NCBI GenBank assembly: GCA_046583355.1
Contig: JAYGCM010000073.1
Coordinates: forward strand, 26,097-90,096
DNA from: Deltaproteobacteria bacterium
GTDB taxonomy: Bacteria > Desulfobacterota > Binatia > UBA12015
DNA length: 64,000 nt
Direction: 5' to 3'
Part shown: one piece after another, positions 63,578 through 64,000 of the stretch
Position numbering within the stretch: position 1 is the first letter of the stretch
Layout of the letters: every line of letters starts with the position of its first letter
Made by a program: the position numbers and the translations under genes
The notes under the pieces: generated by a model
What the model was told of the DNA's origin: nothing
Database searches by the model: none
Seen by the model: the letters and a program-made list of their open reading frames with translations, nothing else

Positions 63578-64000
63578 TCAGCCCGAAGGCACCATGTCGG
63601 GAGGGATCAGGCCGCGACGTCGCCAGCCGAGGCGCATCAGCCAACTGCGCGGCGGCGTGGCGGCGTGGCGGCGTGGCGGCGTGGCGGCCGTATGCGGCCG
63701 GTTGACGGGGCCGATCCAGCCGTCGAAAAATGCGGCCGTCGAATGCGGGTCCAGCCAGCGCCTCACCGCTCGCTCGCCGTGCTTGCGCGCGTTCAACAAC
63801 ACGTAGGCAAGGGCGTTGCGCATCTCTCGCGGCGTCTTGAGCACACGGTGGTGAAAACGGTCGGGGAAGAGGCGACCACGGCGGCCGAAGACACGGTTGA
63901 GGCCGCGTGCCAGGCGGACGCTCAGACCCTGCATGCCTCGGCTCAGGCAGTCGGCATTCTCGGCCTCGACCAGAAGGTGCATATGATTGGATTGCACGGA
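63578..64000 (-). mobile_element. Y1 HUH transposase, REP-associated tyrosine transposase (RAYT)/IS200-like; 3' part
   Basis: VQSNHMHLLVEA (HUH), LFPDRFH and LAYVLLNARKH (catalytic Tyr); runs off the window end. Confidence 0.88.
63651..63688. repeat. 8-bp tandem repeat (GGCGGCGT)x4 plus a partial unit, inside the transposase
   Basis: Read directly from the sequence. Confidence 0.9.

Overview
GC-rich bacterial chromosomal window, mostly housekeeping and lipid/redox metabolism. The gene content (LLM and F420-type oxidoreductases, MaoC pair, Cys-rich secreted protein, RAYT, class II RNR) resembles Candidatus Binatia or a Myxococcota-like deltaproteobacterium; this is an inference. Recognisable genes: rpmE-prfA-prmC-murA, glpK, lemA/TPM cluster, rnr, nuoA-H-J-K-L-M-N, amgK-murU, cysH, hslO, ftsB-like, nrdJ and dciA-like. 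I found no tRNA, rRNA or CRISPR array. Three observations stand out. (1) Two ORF-track entries at 2988-4193 are probably one AhpD-like selenoprotein, with an in-frame UGA in a CxxU motif and a SECIS-like hairpin. (2) A ~52% Lys histone-H1-like gene has 5' and 3' UTRs with nested, collinear complementary segments that could loop out the whole ORF. (3) The complex I operon contains only the seven membrane subunits. Smaller items: tandem NrdR boxes, a degenerate CobS-like protein, an acyl-CoA ligase lacking its C-terminal domain, pseudogene remnants, and simple-sequence repeats near the RAYT transposase. All calls come from manual reading; no database searches were run.
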